From assembly GCF_000260965.1 (NCBI RefSeq), contig NC_017856.1, positions 1,110,001-1,142,000 on the forward strand: a DNA stretch of 32,000 nucleotides, in the 5' to 3' direction. Below the pieces are notes generated by a model. It was not told where the DNA came from and ran no database searches. It saw only the letters and a program-made list of their open reading frames with translations. Shown in pieces: positions 6,396 to 15,233 of the stretch (position 1 is the first letter of the stretch; every line of letters starts with the position of its first letter). A program made the translations under genes and the position numbers. The stretch comes from Methylophaga frappieri (GTDB taxonomy: Bacteria; Pseudomonadota; Gammaproteobacteria; Nitrosococcales; Methylophagaceae).

Positions 6396-8228
6396 TCAGG
6401 TGTCAGGGTGAAAAGTGTCATAAATTTTTTGCGCCAGAGATTGGCTAATGCCCTCCACCCGAGCCAAGTCTTCTACGCCTGCGCGCTGAACCTCCTGTAG
6501 CCCACCAAATTGCTGCAGAATTTTCTGGCGTCGTTTAGCACCTAATCCCGGAATTGCTTCCAGACTCGATGTTTTGCGGGCTTTGGCTCGTCTCGCCCTA
6601 TGACCGGTAATGGCGAAACGATGCGCTTCGTCCCGAACCTGCTGCAATAAGTGTAAGGCCGACGAATCGGCTGGCAAGGTCACCTCACCAGCGCGGCCAA
6701 CCAGAAACAAGGTTTCTTCGCCCGGACGGCGTTCCGGCCCTTTGGCAATACCCAGTATCGGTAAATCGGACAAGTTAAGCTCCGCCAACACATTTTGTGC
6801 TTCGGAAATTTGTCCTTTACCTCCATCTATTAATAGCAGATCAGGCCGTTTGCCCTCGCCTTTTTGTAATCGCGTAAACCGACGGTTAAGCGCTTGATTC
6901 ATGGCTGCATAATCGTCACCGCCAGTAATACCTTCGATATTAAATTTACGGTAATCGGCTTTGATCGCGCCCTCCAGACCAAACACCACGCAGGAAGCCA
7001 CGGTTTTTTCCCCGCGCGTGTGACTAATATCAAAACATTCGATCCGCTTGGGTAGCTCATCCAGTTGCAGCGCATCTTGCAACGACTCAAAACGCTGCAA
7101 CAAATTAGCACGGCTGCTTAATCGATGCGTCAGGCTAATATCGGCATTAGTCTGCGTCATTTTTAACCAGCGTGTTGCATTACCCCGTTGCGGTTGACGA
7201 AGGCTGACCTTATGACCGGATTCTGATTGCAAGACTGCTTGCAGCAGCTCCTGATCCACAAGCGCCTCGCTGATCAGGATTTCGGCGGGTACATCTTTAC
7301 CCAGATAATATTGCGGAATAAATGCAGACAATAACTCGCTTTCATTGACCTCGGCGGATCCTTTGGGGAAATAGGATTTACTGCCCAAATTGCGGCCACC
7401 ACGAATAAAACTGACTTCAACCACGGCAACGCCATCACGAATCAACGCCGCCAGCACATCAAAGTCACCCTGCATGGTGCTGACATACTGGCGTTCCTGA
7501 ACCCGTCTCAGGCTGATAATTTTGTCGCGAATGGCAGCAGCCTGCTCAAACTGCAGCGCTTCGGCAGCCGTGTTCATCTGCGCGCTCAAATCATCCATGA
7601 CTTGCTGGTTTTTACCTTCCAGAAACAGAATCGTGTGCTGCACATCTCGCTGGTATTCGGCTTCAGATACCAAGTCTACGCAAGGTGCAGTGCAGCGCTT
7701 GATTTGATATTGCAAACAGGGCCGACTGCGATTTTCGTAAAAGCTATCTTCACACTGCCTCACTGGAAATAGTTTTTGTAGCAGGTTCAGACTTTCTCGA
7801 ACCGCGCCGGCACTTGGATAAGGGCCAAAGTACTTACCCGCTTTTCGTTTTGCGCCTCGATGAACACTCAATCTGGGGAAACGGTCACCGGAAATCAATA
7901 AATAGGGATAACTCTTGTCATCACGCAGTAGCACGTTATAGCGCGGCATGAGCGCTTTAATCAGATTATTTTCCAGAATCAGCGCTTCGTTTTCCGTATG
8001 CGTGACCGTGGTGTTGATATCCGCTATTTGAGCAACCATTACACGCGTTTTAGCGGTGAGCCCCGTTTTACGAAAATAGCTGCCAACCCGTTTCTTGAGG
8101 TTTTTGGCTTTACCAACGTAAATAACGTCACCTGCGCCATCAACCATTTGATAAACACCCGGCCGACTGGTCAGATTTTTAACAAATCGTTCTGCGTCAA
8201 AAGTGGGCTTTGACTGCGTTTGGGTCAT
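6396..8228 (-). CDS. uvrC: Excinuclease ABC subunit C
   Basis: 610 aa. N-terminal GIY-YIG domain (PGVYQMVDGAGDVIYVGKAKNLKKRVGSYF), a UvrBC domain, and a C-terminal HhH2 (IPGLGAKRRQKILQQFGGLQEVQRAGVEDLARVEGI). Confidence 0.96.
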   Translation of the reverse strand: MTQTQSKPTFDAERFVKNLTSRPGVYQMVDGAGDVIYVGKAKNLKKRVGSYFRKTGLTAKTRVMVAQIADINTTVTHTENEALILENNLIKALMPRYNVLLRDDKSYPYLLISGDRFPRLSVHRGAKRKAGKYFGPYPSAGAVRESLNLLQKLFPVRQCEDSFYENRSRPCLQYQIKRCTAPCVDLVSEAEYQRDVQHTILFLEGKNQQVMDDLSAQMNTAAEALQFEQAAAIRDKIISLRRVQERQYVSTMQGDFDVLAALIRDGVAVVEVSFIRGGRNLGSKSYFPKGSAEVNESELLSAFIPQYYLGKDVPAEILISEALVDQELLQAVLQSESGHKVSLRQPQRGNATRWLKMTQTNADISLTHRLSSRANLLQRFESLQDALQLDELPKRIECFDISHTRGEKTVASCVVFGLEGAIKADYRKFNIEGITGGDDYAAMNQALNRRFTRLQKGEGKRPDLLLIDGGKGQISEAQNVLAELNLSDLPILGIAKGPERRPGEETLFLVGRAGEVTLPADSSALHLLQQVRDEAHRFAITGHRARRAKARKTSSLEAIPGLGAKRRQKILQQFGGLQEVQRAGVEDLARVEGISQSLAQKIYDTFHPDT

Positions 8229-8440
8229 TTATTCAGACAAATCCAATTTGTTATCCGGGTGATACTGACGTTGATAGCAGCGATGTGCCTGCACAAAACT
8301 ATTGACGGCCAGACCCAACAAAATCAGGCCGCCGATCACCGCTGGTACATCCTGATAAAAAAATAAAACATGGTCAGCGCAGCCAGTAATTCAAGTGTGC
8401 CGATTACTTTCAGCAACACCACATTTTCAATACGTTTCAC
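8229..8440 (-). pseudogene. Small two-TM membrane ORF split by a frame change in a T7 homopolymer; stop TAA abuts the uvrC ATG
   Basis: The 5' part starts at the GTG at 8438-8440, 10 nt after AAGGAG, and reads (M)KRIENVVLLKVIGTLELLAALTMFYFFIRMYQR*, with its stop at 8336-8338. The -1 frame continues from the T-run as YQDVPAVIGGLILLGLAVNSFVQAHRCYQRQYHPDNKLDLSE*, with its stop at 8229-8231. The T7 run is A7 on the plus strand at 8357-8363. One extra T, or a -1 slip, would give a 70 aa protein with two hydrophobic helices. Confidence 0.3.
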
Positions 8441-8559
8441 GAGTTTTTTGCTCCTTTGCAAATACCATGATTTCGTCATGATGGTTTTTCAAGTCACAAA
8501 AACGACGCTGTTCCGCCATCGCTTTTGTGGGAAAATACCCTGTTTTTTACCTGATTGTC

Positions 8560-11500
8560 ATGCGAGGGGGCAATTTGTCTGCCAGTCTGCTTCAACCTGA
8601 ATTACCGCTTAATGCCAATGATAAACGTCTAGCTGGTCAGCTTTACGGTAGCGCCGCCGGTTTATTACTGGCTAATGCTGCATTGCAGCATGATGGGCCA
8701 TTGTTAGTGATTACCGATGACATGACGCGCGCGCAGCGACTGGAAACCGAAATCCGTTTTTATCTCGGTGCAGAAAATCTGCCCATTTTGCACTTTCCGG
8801 ATTGGGAAACACTGCCATACGACACCTTTTCGCCGCATCAGGATATTATTTCAGAACGTCTGCAAACCTTACACCAGTTACCTGACTTTCATCGTGGGAT
8901 TTTACTGGTTCCCGTTGCCACCATTATGCAACGTATTGCACCGGCTGGATTTTTAGAGGGGCATCGACTCCAGCTGGCTGTGGGCGACACATTGGATATC
9001 GACAGTTGGCGGCTGAGGTTGGAAAAATCAGGCTATCGTCACGTTTCACAAGTCGTTGAACATGGCGAGTTTGCGGTACGCGGGGCCATTATTGACCTGT
9101 ACCCAATGGGAAGTCGCTGGCCGTACCGTATTGATTTATTTGATGATGAAATCGATACATTGCGTACTTTTGACCCCGAAACGCAGCGCTCAGTTGACAC
9201 TATTGACCGTATTAATCTGTTGCCTGCCCGCGAATTTCCGGTTAACGAAGACAGTATCAAGCTTTTTCGTCAGCAATATCGGACGCAATTTGATGGTGAC
9301 CCGCAAAAAAGTCTGATTTATCGTGAAGTTAGTGAAGGTAACCTACCGGGCGGCATCGAATTTTATTTACCACTCTTTTTTGAGCAAACCGCTTGCTTGA
9401 CTGATTATCTGCCCGAAAATACGCTGCTTATTCACAGCAATGATACCGTCCAGGCCGCCGAAGCTTATTGGCAAGAAATTGATATCCGCTATCAACAGCA
9501 CCGCGTCGACCCAAACCGACCACTATTGCCCCCAACAGCTGTGTTTGTGCCGGTCGATGATCTGTTTGCCCGTTTCAAACGCTGGCCGCGACTGCAGTGT
9601 CAAAATTTTGAATTAGAAGCAGCGGCAGCGCATCATAATTACGCCAGTGTCTCACCACCACAATTAACGCTGAATTCACGTCAGGAAAAGCCTTGCGAAT
9701 TGCTAGAAAATTTTCTGGCGAGTTTCGATGGCCGGGTTTTAATTGCAGCAGAGTCAGCTGGCCGCAGAGAAACATTGCTCGACTTGTTGCGGAAAAATCA
9801 ACTTCAGGCCAAGCCCATCGACAATTGGCAGGCATTTTTAAACGATGCGGCGAATTTGTGCATTACGGTAGCGCCGCTGGAGCAAGGCCTGTATTTGCCA
9901 AGTCGAAATCTGGCCGTCATTGCCGAAACGCAATTGTTTGGTCAGCAGGTGATGCAACGGCGGCGAAGAAGCCGGAAAAAGCGTGATTCTGATGCCATTA
10001 TTCGCAATCTTGCTGAGTTGTCACTTGGTGATGCCGTTGTCCACGAAGATCATGGTGTCGGCCGTTATTTAGGTTTGCAAAAACTGGATGTCGGCGATGT
10101 CGAAGCAGAATATGTCACGCTGGAATATGCCAAAGGCGACAAACTATATGTACCGGTCGCCTCGTTGGAGCTCATCAGCCGATACTCTGGCGCGGCACCC
10201 GAGCTAGCACCGTTACATCAACTCGGCACAACACAATGGGAAAAAGCACGTCGCCGGGCGGCTGAGAAAGCTCGTGATGTCGCGGCTGAATTACTGGATA
10301 TTTACGCCAAACGCGCTGCCAATAAAAAAGATCCCATGGCAGCACCAGATAACCATTACGATGCGTTTTCAGCCGCATTTTCCTTTGAAACCACGCCGGA
10401 TCAGCAAGATGCTATTGATGCCGTTGTGGCCGATTTGCAGTCAGATACGCCCATGGATCGGCTGATTTGCGGCGATGTTGGCTTTGGAAAAACCGAAGTA
10501 GCAATGCGGGCGGCTTTTTTGACAGTGCAGTCGGGCAAGCAGGTTCTGGTTCTTGTACCGACCACCTTATTAGCACAGCAACACTACGAAAACTTTAAAG
10601 ATCGGTTTGCCGATTGGCCCGTAAAAGTCGAAGTGCTATCACGGTTTCGCAGTAAAAAACAACTCGATAACGTTAAATCCGCCATTAGCGATGGCACGGC
10701 CGATATTATCATCGGCACGCACAAACTTTTGCAGCAAGATATTCAGCCCAAGCGGCTAGGTTTATTTGTACTCGACGAAGAACATCGCTTTGGTGTCACG
10801 CAAAAGGAGCAGCTGAAAAAATATCGCACGCATATTGATGTGCTGACACTGACGGCAACGCCCATTCCGCGTACCTTGAATATGTCAATTTCTGGCATTC
10901 GGGATTTGTCGATTATCGCCACTGCACCTGCACGCAGGTTGGCGATTAAAACTTTTGTGCTGCAATGGCAGGCTGACAAGGTTCGCGAAGGCATGTTACG
11001 CGAGATCAAACGCGGCGGTCAGGTATATTATCTTTACAATAAAGTTGAAGATATTGACCGGGTGGCGCGCGAGCTTGAAAGTCTGATGCCCGAAGCCCGA
11101 ATTGGCATTGCTCACGGCCAGATGCGCGAACGTGAGCTAGAGCAAGTGATGCTCGACTTCTATCATCAGCGTTTCAATGTACTAGTCTGTACGACCATTA
11201 TCGAAACCGGCATTGATGTGCCCTCAGCCAATACCATTTTTATTGATCGCGCCGATAAGTTGGGCTTGGCGCAGCTGTACCAAATCCGAGGCCGGGTTGG
11301 CCGAAGTCATCATCGTGCTTATGCCTATTTAATTACGCCACCGCAAACAGCAATGACATCGGATGCGATTAAACGTTTAGAAGCGATTGAATCTATTGAA
11401 GATTTAGGCGCAGGCTTTACGCTGGCAACGCACGATATGGAAATTCGCGGTGCCGGTGAATTATTAGGCGATGAACAAAGTGGCCAAATGCAGGAAATTG

Positions 11501-12033
11501 GCTTTGGTCTGTATAACGAGATTCTGGAACGGGCGGTGAAAGCGCTGAAATCAGGTCAAACGCCTTCTATCGATACAATAGATCGTCATATGGTCGAAAT
11601 TGATCTGCATGTGCCGGCCTTGATCCCGTCAGATTATCTGCCGGATGTGCATAATCGACTGGTGCTCTACAAACGCATTGCTGCTGCACCAGATAAAGAA
11701 GCGCTACACGAATTGCAGGTTGAAATGGTCGATCGGTTTGGCTTATTGCCAGACCAGGTAAAAACATTATTTGCCGTGCACGAAATGCGTTTGAAAGCCA
11801 AAGCCGTGGGTATTCGCAAAATTGATGTTTACGATCAGGGTGGTCGATTAATTTTCGATGAAAAACCCCATATCGAACCGATTCGAATCATTGAGCTGAT
11901 TCAAAAACAACCGAGTCGTTTTAAACTCGATGGACAGGACAAGTTAAAATTTAGTGGCGATATGCCAGACGCTGATAGCCGCATTGTGGCTCTTGATAAT
12001 CTGCTAGATAGTCTATTGGCCCCCGCTGCCTGA
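8560..12033 (+). CDS. mfd: Transcription-repair coupling factor
   Basis: About 1157 aa. It has a UvrB-homology N-terminal region, a CarD-like RNAP-interaction domain (VVHEDHGVGRYLGL), superfamily-2 helicase motifs (GDVGFGKTEVAMRAA; DEEHRFGV; TLTATPIPRTL; QLYQIRGRVGRS) and a TRG region. The start is uncertain. The track uses the GTG at 8527. The ATG at 8560 lacks an SD. The TTG at 8575 is preceded by GAGGGGG with a 4 nt spacer. Confidence 0.95.
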   Translation: MRGGNLSASLLQPELPLNANDKRLAGQLYGSAAGLLLANAALQHDGPLLVITDDMTRAQRLETEIRFYLGAENLPILHFPDWETLPYDTFSPHQDIISERLQTLHQLPDFHRGILLVPVATIMQRIAPAGFLEGHRLQLAVGDTLDIDSWRLRLEKSGYRHVSQVVEHGEFAVRGAIIDLYPMGSRWPYRIDLFDDEIDTLRTFDPETQRSVDTIDRINLLPAREFPVNEDSIKLFRQQYRTQFDGDPQKSLIYREVSEGNLPGGIEFYLPLFFEQTACLTDYLPENTLLIHSNDTVQAAEAYWQEIDIRYQQHRVDPNRPLLPPTAVFVPVDDLFARFKRWPRLQCQNFELEAAAAHHNYASVSPPQLTLNSRQEKPCELLENFLASFDGRVLIAAESAGRRETLLDLLRKNQLQAKPIDNWQAFLNDAANLCITVAPLEQGLYLPSRNLAVIAETQLFGQQVMQRRRRSRKKRDSDAIIRNLAELSLGDAVVHEDHGVGRYLGLQKLDVGDVEAEYVTLEYAKGDKLYVPVASLELISRYSGAAPELAPLHQLGTTQWEKARRRAAEKARDVAAELLDIYAKRAANKKDPMAAPDNHYDAFSAAFSFETTPDQQDAIDAVVADLQSDTPMDRLICGDVGFGKTEVAMRAAFLTVQSGKQVLVLVPTTLLAQQHYENFKDRFADWPVKVEVLSRFRSKKQLDNVKSAISDGTADIIIGTHKLLQQDIQPKRLGLFVLDEEHRFGVTQKEQLKKYRTHIDVLTLTATPIPRTLNMSISGIRDLSIIATAPARRLAIKTFVLQWQADKVREGMLREIKRGGQVYYLYNKVEDIDRVARELESLMPEARIGIAHGQMRERELEQVMLDFYHQRFNVLVCTTIIETGIDVPSANTIFIDRADKLGLAQLYQIRGRVGRSHHRAYAYLITPPQTAMTSDAIKRLEAIESIEDLGAGFTLATHDMEIRGAGELLGDEQSGQMQEIGFGLYNEILERAVKALKSGQTPSIDTIDRHMVEIDLHVPALIPSDYLPDVHNRLVLYKRIAAAPDKEALHELQVEMVDRFGLLPDQVKTLFAVHEMRLKAKAVGIRKIDVYDQGGRLIFDEKPHIEPIRIIELIQKQPSRFKLDGQDKLKFSGDMPDADSRIVALDNLLDSLLAPAA

Positions 12034-12800
12034 TGCAGGATCGTAATTTTGATGATTTAGCGGCACGTTTTCGTGATCGTATCTACGATACAGAAAAAGG
12101 CCGCTGGCGGCTGACATTGCTAAAAGAGGATTTGGCCGAACTGGCAAAAAATGACCCGTTACAAATTTGGGATGCCGGTTGTGGCCTGGCGCAAATCAGT
12201 TTGTGGTTAGCAAAACAAGGCCATCACCTGACGTTATGTGACATCTCAGCAACACTATTGGACGAAGCTAAATCACGTTTTCATCAAGCAAACTGTGACG
12301 GCCAATTTCATCAACAACCGGCTCAATCTTTAGCGAACGCCTTACCCGAGTTTGATATGGTAATTAACCACGCTGTGCTCGAATGGTTGGCCGATCCCGT
12401 TGCTGGCTTGGAAGTAATTGCTAAAAAAGTGCGACCAGAGGGCTATTTATCCTTGATGTTCTACAATCGAAACGCCATGGTGTATCAAAATGTGCTGCGC
12501 GGTGGTTGGCGTTTACAATCGATCATTGATGATCGTTATATCGGCAAAGGTAATCGGCTGAGTCCACCGCATCCGCTATACCCGCATGAGGTACAAGCAA
12601 AATTGCAGGCGCAGGGTTTTGAAATCATTAAACATACCGGCATTCGGGTATTTAGTGATTATTTGTCAGCCGAATCCAAAGCCAACAGCCAGCCGGCTGA
12701 ATTACAACAACTGGAAGCACAATATTGCCGAATGCCGGCTTATCGTGATTTGGGTCGATATGTGCATTTTCTGGCAAAAAAAACCGCCAGTCCTGCTTAG
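12033..12800 (+). CDS. cmoM: tRNA uridine 5-oxyacetic acid(34) methyltransferase CmoM (SmtA-type SAM-dependent methyltransferase)
   Basis: The N-terminus MQDRNFDDLAARF matches E. coli SmtA/CmoM MQDRNFDDIAEKF. Other matches are the SAM motif I (IWDAGCGLAQ), HAVLEWLADP vs HAVLEWVADP, LSLMFYN, and the C-terminal YCRMPAYRDLGRYVHFLAKK vs YCRQEPYITLGRYIHVTARK. The start overlaps the mfd stop (TGATG). Confidence 0.85.
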   Translation: MQDRNFDDLAARFRDRIYDTEKGRWRLTLLKEDLAELAKNDPLQIWDAGCGLAQISLWLAKQGHHLTLCDISATLLDEAKSRFHQANCDGQFHQQPAQSLANALPEFDMVINHAVLEWLADPVAGLEVIAKKVRPEGYLSLMFYNRNAMVYQNVLRGGWRLQSIIDDRYIGKGNRLSPPHPLYPHEVQAKLQAQGFEIIKHTGIRVFSDYLSAESKANSQPAELQQLEAQYCRMPAYRDLGRYVHFLAKKTASPA

Positions 12801-12877
12801 GTAACAGGTACAATCGATAAATTTATAAACTGAAATCAGTTAGATAATCAGACAACTTTTGGTGGTGTTGAAAACAC

Positions 12878-13699
12878 ATGAATAAACTGAAACTCTCCTT
12901 AATGATGGTGACAGCCAGCATCATGACTGGCTGTTTACAACAACCGCAAAACTCGCTGACACCAGCACAGCTACAAACGGCGCTTCTCGAAGCGGAAAAC
13001 CGGATGGAAGAAAAGTGGCGTAATCACTGCACCACACTCATTGATAACCAGAAAACGAATTACGCCGGTCTGAATGACATAAAAAGCGGCCAAAAAGGAT
13101 TAAATCGAAAATTAGATGAAATCAGCCAGCAACTCAACGAGCAGCCAGAGCCGGTAGTCATCACGTCCCCCTCCGAACCGGCCAAAAGTTGTCCTACTGT
13201 CGCACCAGCGACCGTCAACGACAAACTGATTTTGGGAAGAACGGAATGGATTTGGCTGGAACCAGTGAACCGGGTTTTTCGGGCTCGAGTTGACTCTGGC
13301 GCGACCACATCATCTCTTTCCGCACACCATATCGTGGAGTTTGAACGTGATGGTCAGCGCTGGGTGCGTTTCAACATGGTTCCGGATGATGATGTTGATG
13401 ATAGCTACGAAGTTGAAGCACCGCTGGTTCGGGTTGCCAAAATCCGCCAGGCTTCCAGTGATGAACTGGATCGCCGACTGGTTGTCGAGTTAACGATGAA
13501 AGTGGGTGATTTTACCGATACCGCTGAGTTCACTTTGACGGATCGCACAGCAATGACCTACCCCATTTTATTAGGACGTGAATTTCTTCGGGATATCGCA
13601 TTGATTGATGTGGCAAAAAGTTATCATCAACCAAAACCGGAGCCGATTCAGGGGCGACCGGAAAGCGCACCGGATGCTGACGTAGAAACCGATAATTAA
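12878..13699 (+). CDS. Lipoprotein with a C-terminal retropepsin-like aspartic protease domain (the family historically named 'putative ATP-dependent zinc protease', RimB-like)
   Basis: Lipobox MNKLKLSLMMVTASIMTGC (Cys19). An N-terminal extension of about 100 aa follows. The C-terminal domain has LGRTEWIWLEPV...FRARVDSGATTSSLSA (the D-S-G-A active-site motif at nt 13292-13303) and YPILLGREFL. Confidence 0.8.
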   Translation: MNKLKLSLMMVTASIMTGCLQQPQNSLTPAQLQTALLEAENRMEEKWRNHCTTLIDNQKTNYAGLNDIKSGQKGLNRKLDEISQQLNEQPEPVVITSPSEPAKSCPTVAPATVNDKLILGRTEWIWLEPVNRVFRARVDSGATTSSLSAHHIVEFERDGQRWVRFNMVPDDDVDDSYEVEAPLVRVAKIRQASSDELDRRLVVELTMKVGDFTDTAEFTLTDRTAMTYPILLGREFLRDIALIDVAKSYHQPKPEPIQGRPESAPDADVETDN

Positions 13700-13718
13700 G
13701 CGTAGTTAAGGATCCTTT

Positions 13719-15233
13719 ATGGCTTCACGCACCCCCTTTTATATTCTGGTTGGATTGCTGTTGATAGCTGGGACGGCGCTGACTTTGCACCGTCATTTGG
13801 CATTAGACATTCCTTGGTTACCAGGCGAAACCCGCCAAACTTGGTCAATTGAAGCCAAAGTAGATTTTGTTGCTGAAGGTGAAGAGGTGATTGCCGCGCT
13901 AGCAATTCCGGGCACCCAGCCCGGTTTTACACAGTTAAACCAGCAAACTGCTAGCCCTGGCTATGGCCTGGCCTATGAAGAACGAGCCACCGGACGCCGC
14001 GTTGAATGGTCTATTCGTGAAGCAACGGGTAACCAGTCACTTTATTACAAAGTGGATATGCTGACCGATCCTTATGCTGTGCCTTCAACGCCAATGGTGC
14101 CACCGGAAAATAAGACGGTCGTTGAAAAAGAACCCTATGCTACCGCTGCGCAAGAACTGCTGACCGGTGCAACGGCCCGTTCGGCCTCGCCTTACACATT
14201 GGCGCGCGAGTTAATTGTCGAGTTCAATAATCAAAAACAAACCGCAGAACTGTTGGCTCAGGTCAAACCTAGAACAGCCTGGCTGGTTCAATTACTACAA
14301 CAGTCCGGTATTGCCGCCCGACAAGTGCATGCGCTTGAATTGGAAGATGGCCGCAGACGGCAACAGTTAATTGATTATCTTCAGGTTTTTGAAGACGATA
14401 CCCATTATGCCTTGTTTAATCCGCTTACTGGGAAACAGGGCCAACCGGAAAACCTGCTGTTATGGCAATATCATTCCGGCCCCGTGCTCGAAGTGATTGG
14501 CGGTAGTAATTCAAGCGTGACCTTTTCGATGATCGAACAGGAACAGCCATTTGGCGTGGCGCTCAATCAAAAGTTTGCTGACCATCAATTATTAAACTTT
14601 TCCCTTTACGATCTGCCCATCGAGGAACAGGCATTATTTAAAAATATCCTGCTGATACCCGTAGGTGTTCTGATGGTGGTATTGATGCGTATCCTGATTG
14701 GTATCAAGACATCGGGGACATTTATGCCTGTCTTGATCGCACTTGCCTTTATTCAAACCAGCTTAACCACAGGCTTAGTTGGTTTTCTGCTGATTGTTGG
14801 CGCGGGTTTAATTATTCGCTCATATTTGTCATACCTTAACCTGCTCTTGGTTGCCCGAATATCGGCGGTCATTATTATGGTGATCGGCATGATCGCCATG
14901 TTCTCGATCATTGCTTATAAAGTCGGCTTGACGGAAGGCATGAAAATCACCTTTTTCCCGATGATTATTCTGGCATGGACCATTGAACGGATGTCGATTT
15001 TATGGGAAGAGGAAGGTGCCAAAGCGGTCATGGTTCAAGGCGGCGGCTCACTATTGGTGGCAATTGTTGCCTATCTGGTTATGAACAATGATTTGGTCAG
15101 ACATTTGACCTTTAACTTCTTAGGTATTCAGTTAATTCTGATGGCCTTTACCTTGATGGCAGGCAGCTATACCGGCTATCGACTCTTGGAGTTGAAACGG
15201 TTCAAACCATTGACCGAGATTGATAAACCATGA
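13719..15233 (+). CDS. Inactive transglutaminase-like ectodomain fused to a polytopic (about 7 TM) membrane domain
   Basis: 504 aa. It starts with an N-terminal TM anchor (FYILVGLLLIAGTALTL). An ectodomain of about 290 aa follows, with RTAWLVQLLQQSGIAARQV at the position of the transglutaminase GxC...GIPAR motif. The C-terminal ~200 aa is a block of hydrophobic helices. The whole protein contains no cysteine. The RBS is AAGGA, 6 nt upstream of the ATG. Confidence 0.78.
   Translation: MASRTPFYILVGLLLIAGTALTLHRHLALDIPWLPGETRQTWSIEAKVDFVAEGEEVIAALAIPGTQPGFTQLNQQTASPGYGLAYEERATGRRVEWSIREATGNQSLYYKVDMLTDPYAVPSTPMVPPENKTVVEKEPYATAAQELLTGATARSASPYTLARELIVEFNNQKQTAELLAQVKPRTAWLVQLLQQSGIAARQVHALELEDGRRRQQLIDYLQVFEDDTHYALFNPLTGKQGQPENLLLWQYHSGPVLEVIGGSNSSVTFSMIEQEQPFGVALNQKFADHQLLNFSLYDLPIEEQALFKNILLIPVGVLMVVLMRILIGIKTSGTFMPVLIALAFIQTSLTTGLVGFLLIVGAGLIIRSYLSYLNLLLVARISAVIIMVIGMIAMFSIIAYKVGLTEGMKITFFPMIILAWTIERMSILWEEEGAKAVMVQGGGSLLVAIVAYLVMNNDLVRHLTFNFLGIQLILMAFTLMAGSYTGYRLLELKRFKPLTEIDKP

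Noticed and set aside
8527-8559. The GTG at 8527 as the mfd start, as in the track.
   Set aside because: It has no RBS, and the added residues (GKYPVFYLIV) have no counterpart in Mfd N-termini. The ATG at 8560 or the SD-supported TTG at 8575 are more plausible.
6610-11767. Numerous 60-115 aa track ORFs nested inside or antisense to uvrC and mfd. The same applies elsewhere, inside the oxidoreductase, rnfC, nhaD and other genes.
   Set aside because: They are fully embedded in long, well-supported genes, mostly antisense, and have no RBS or recognisable motifs. They are typical frame noise.
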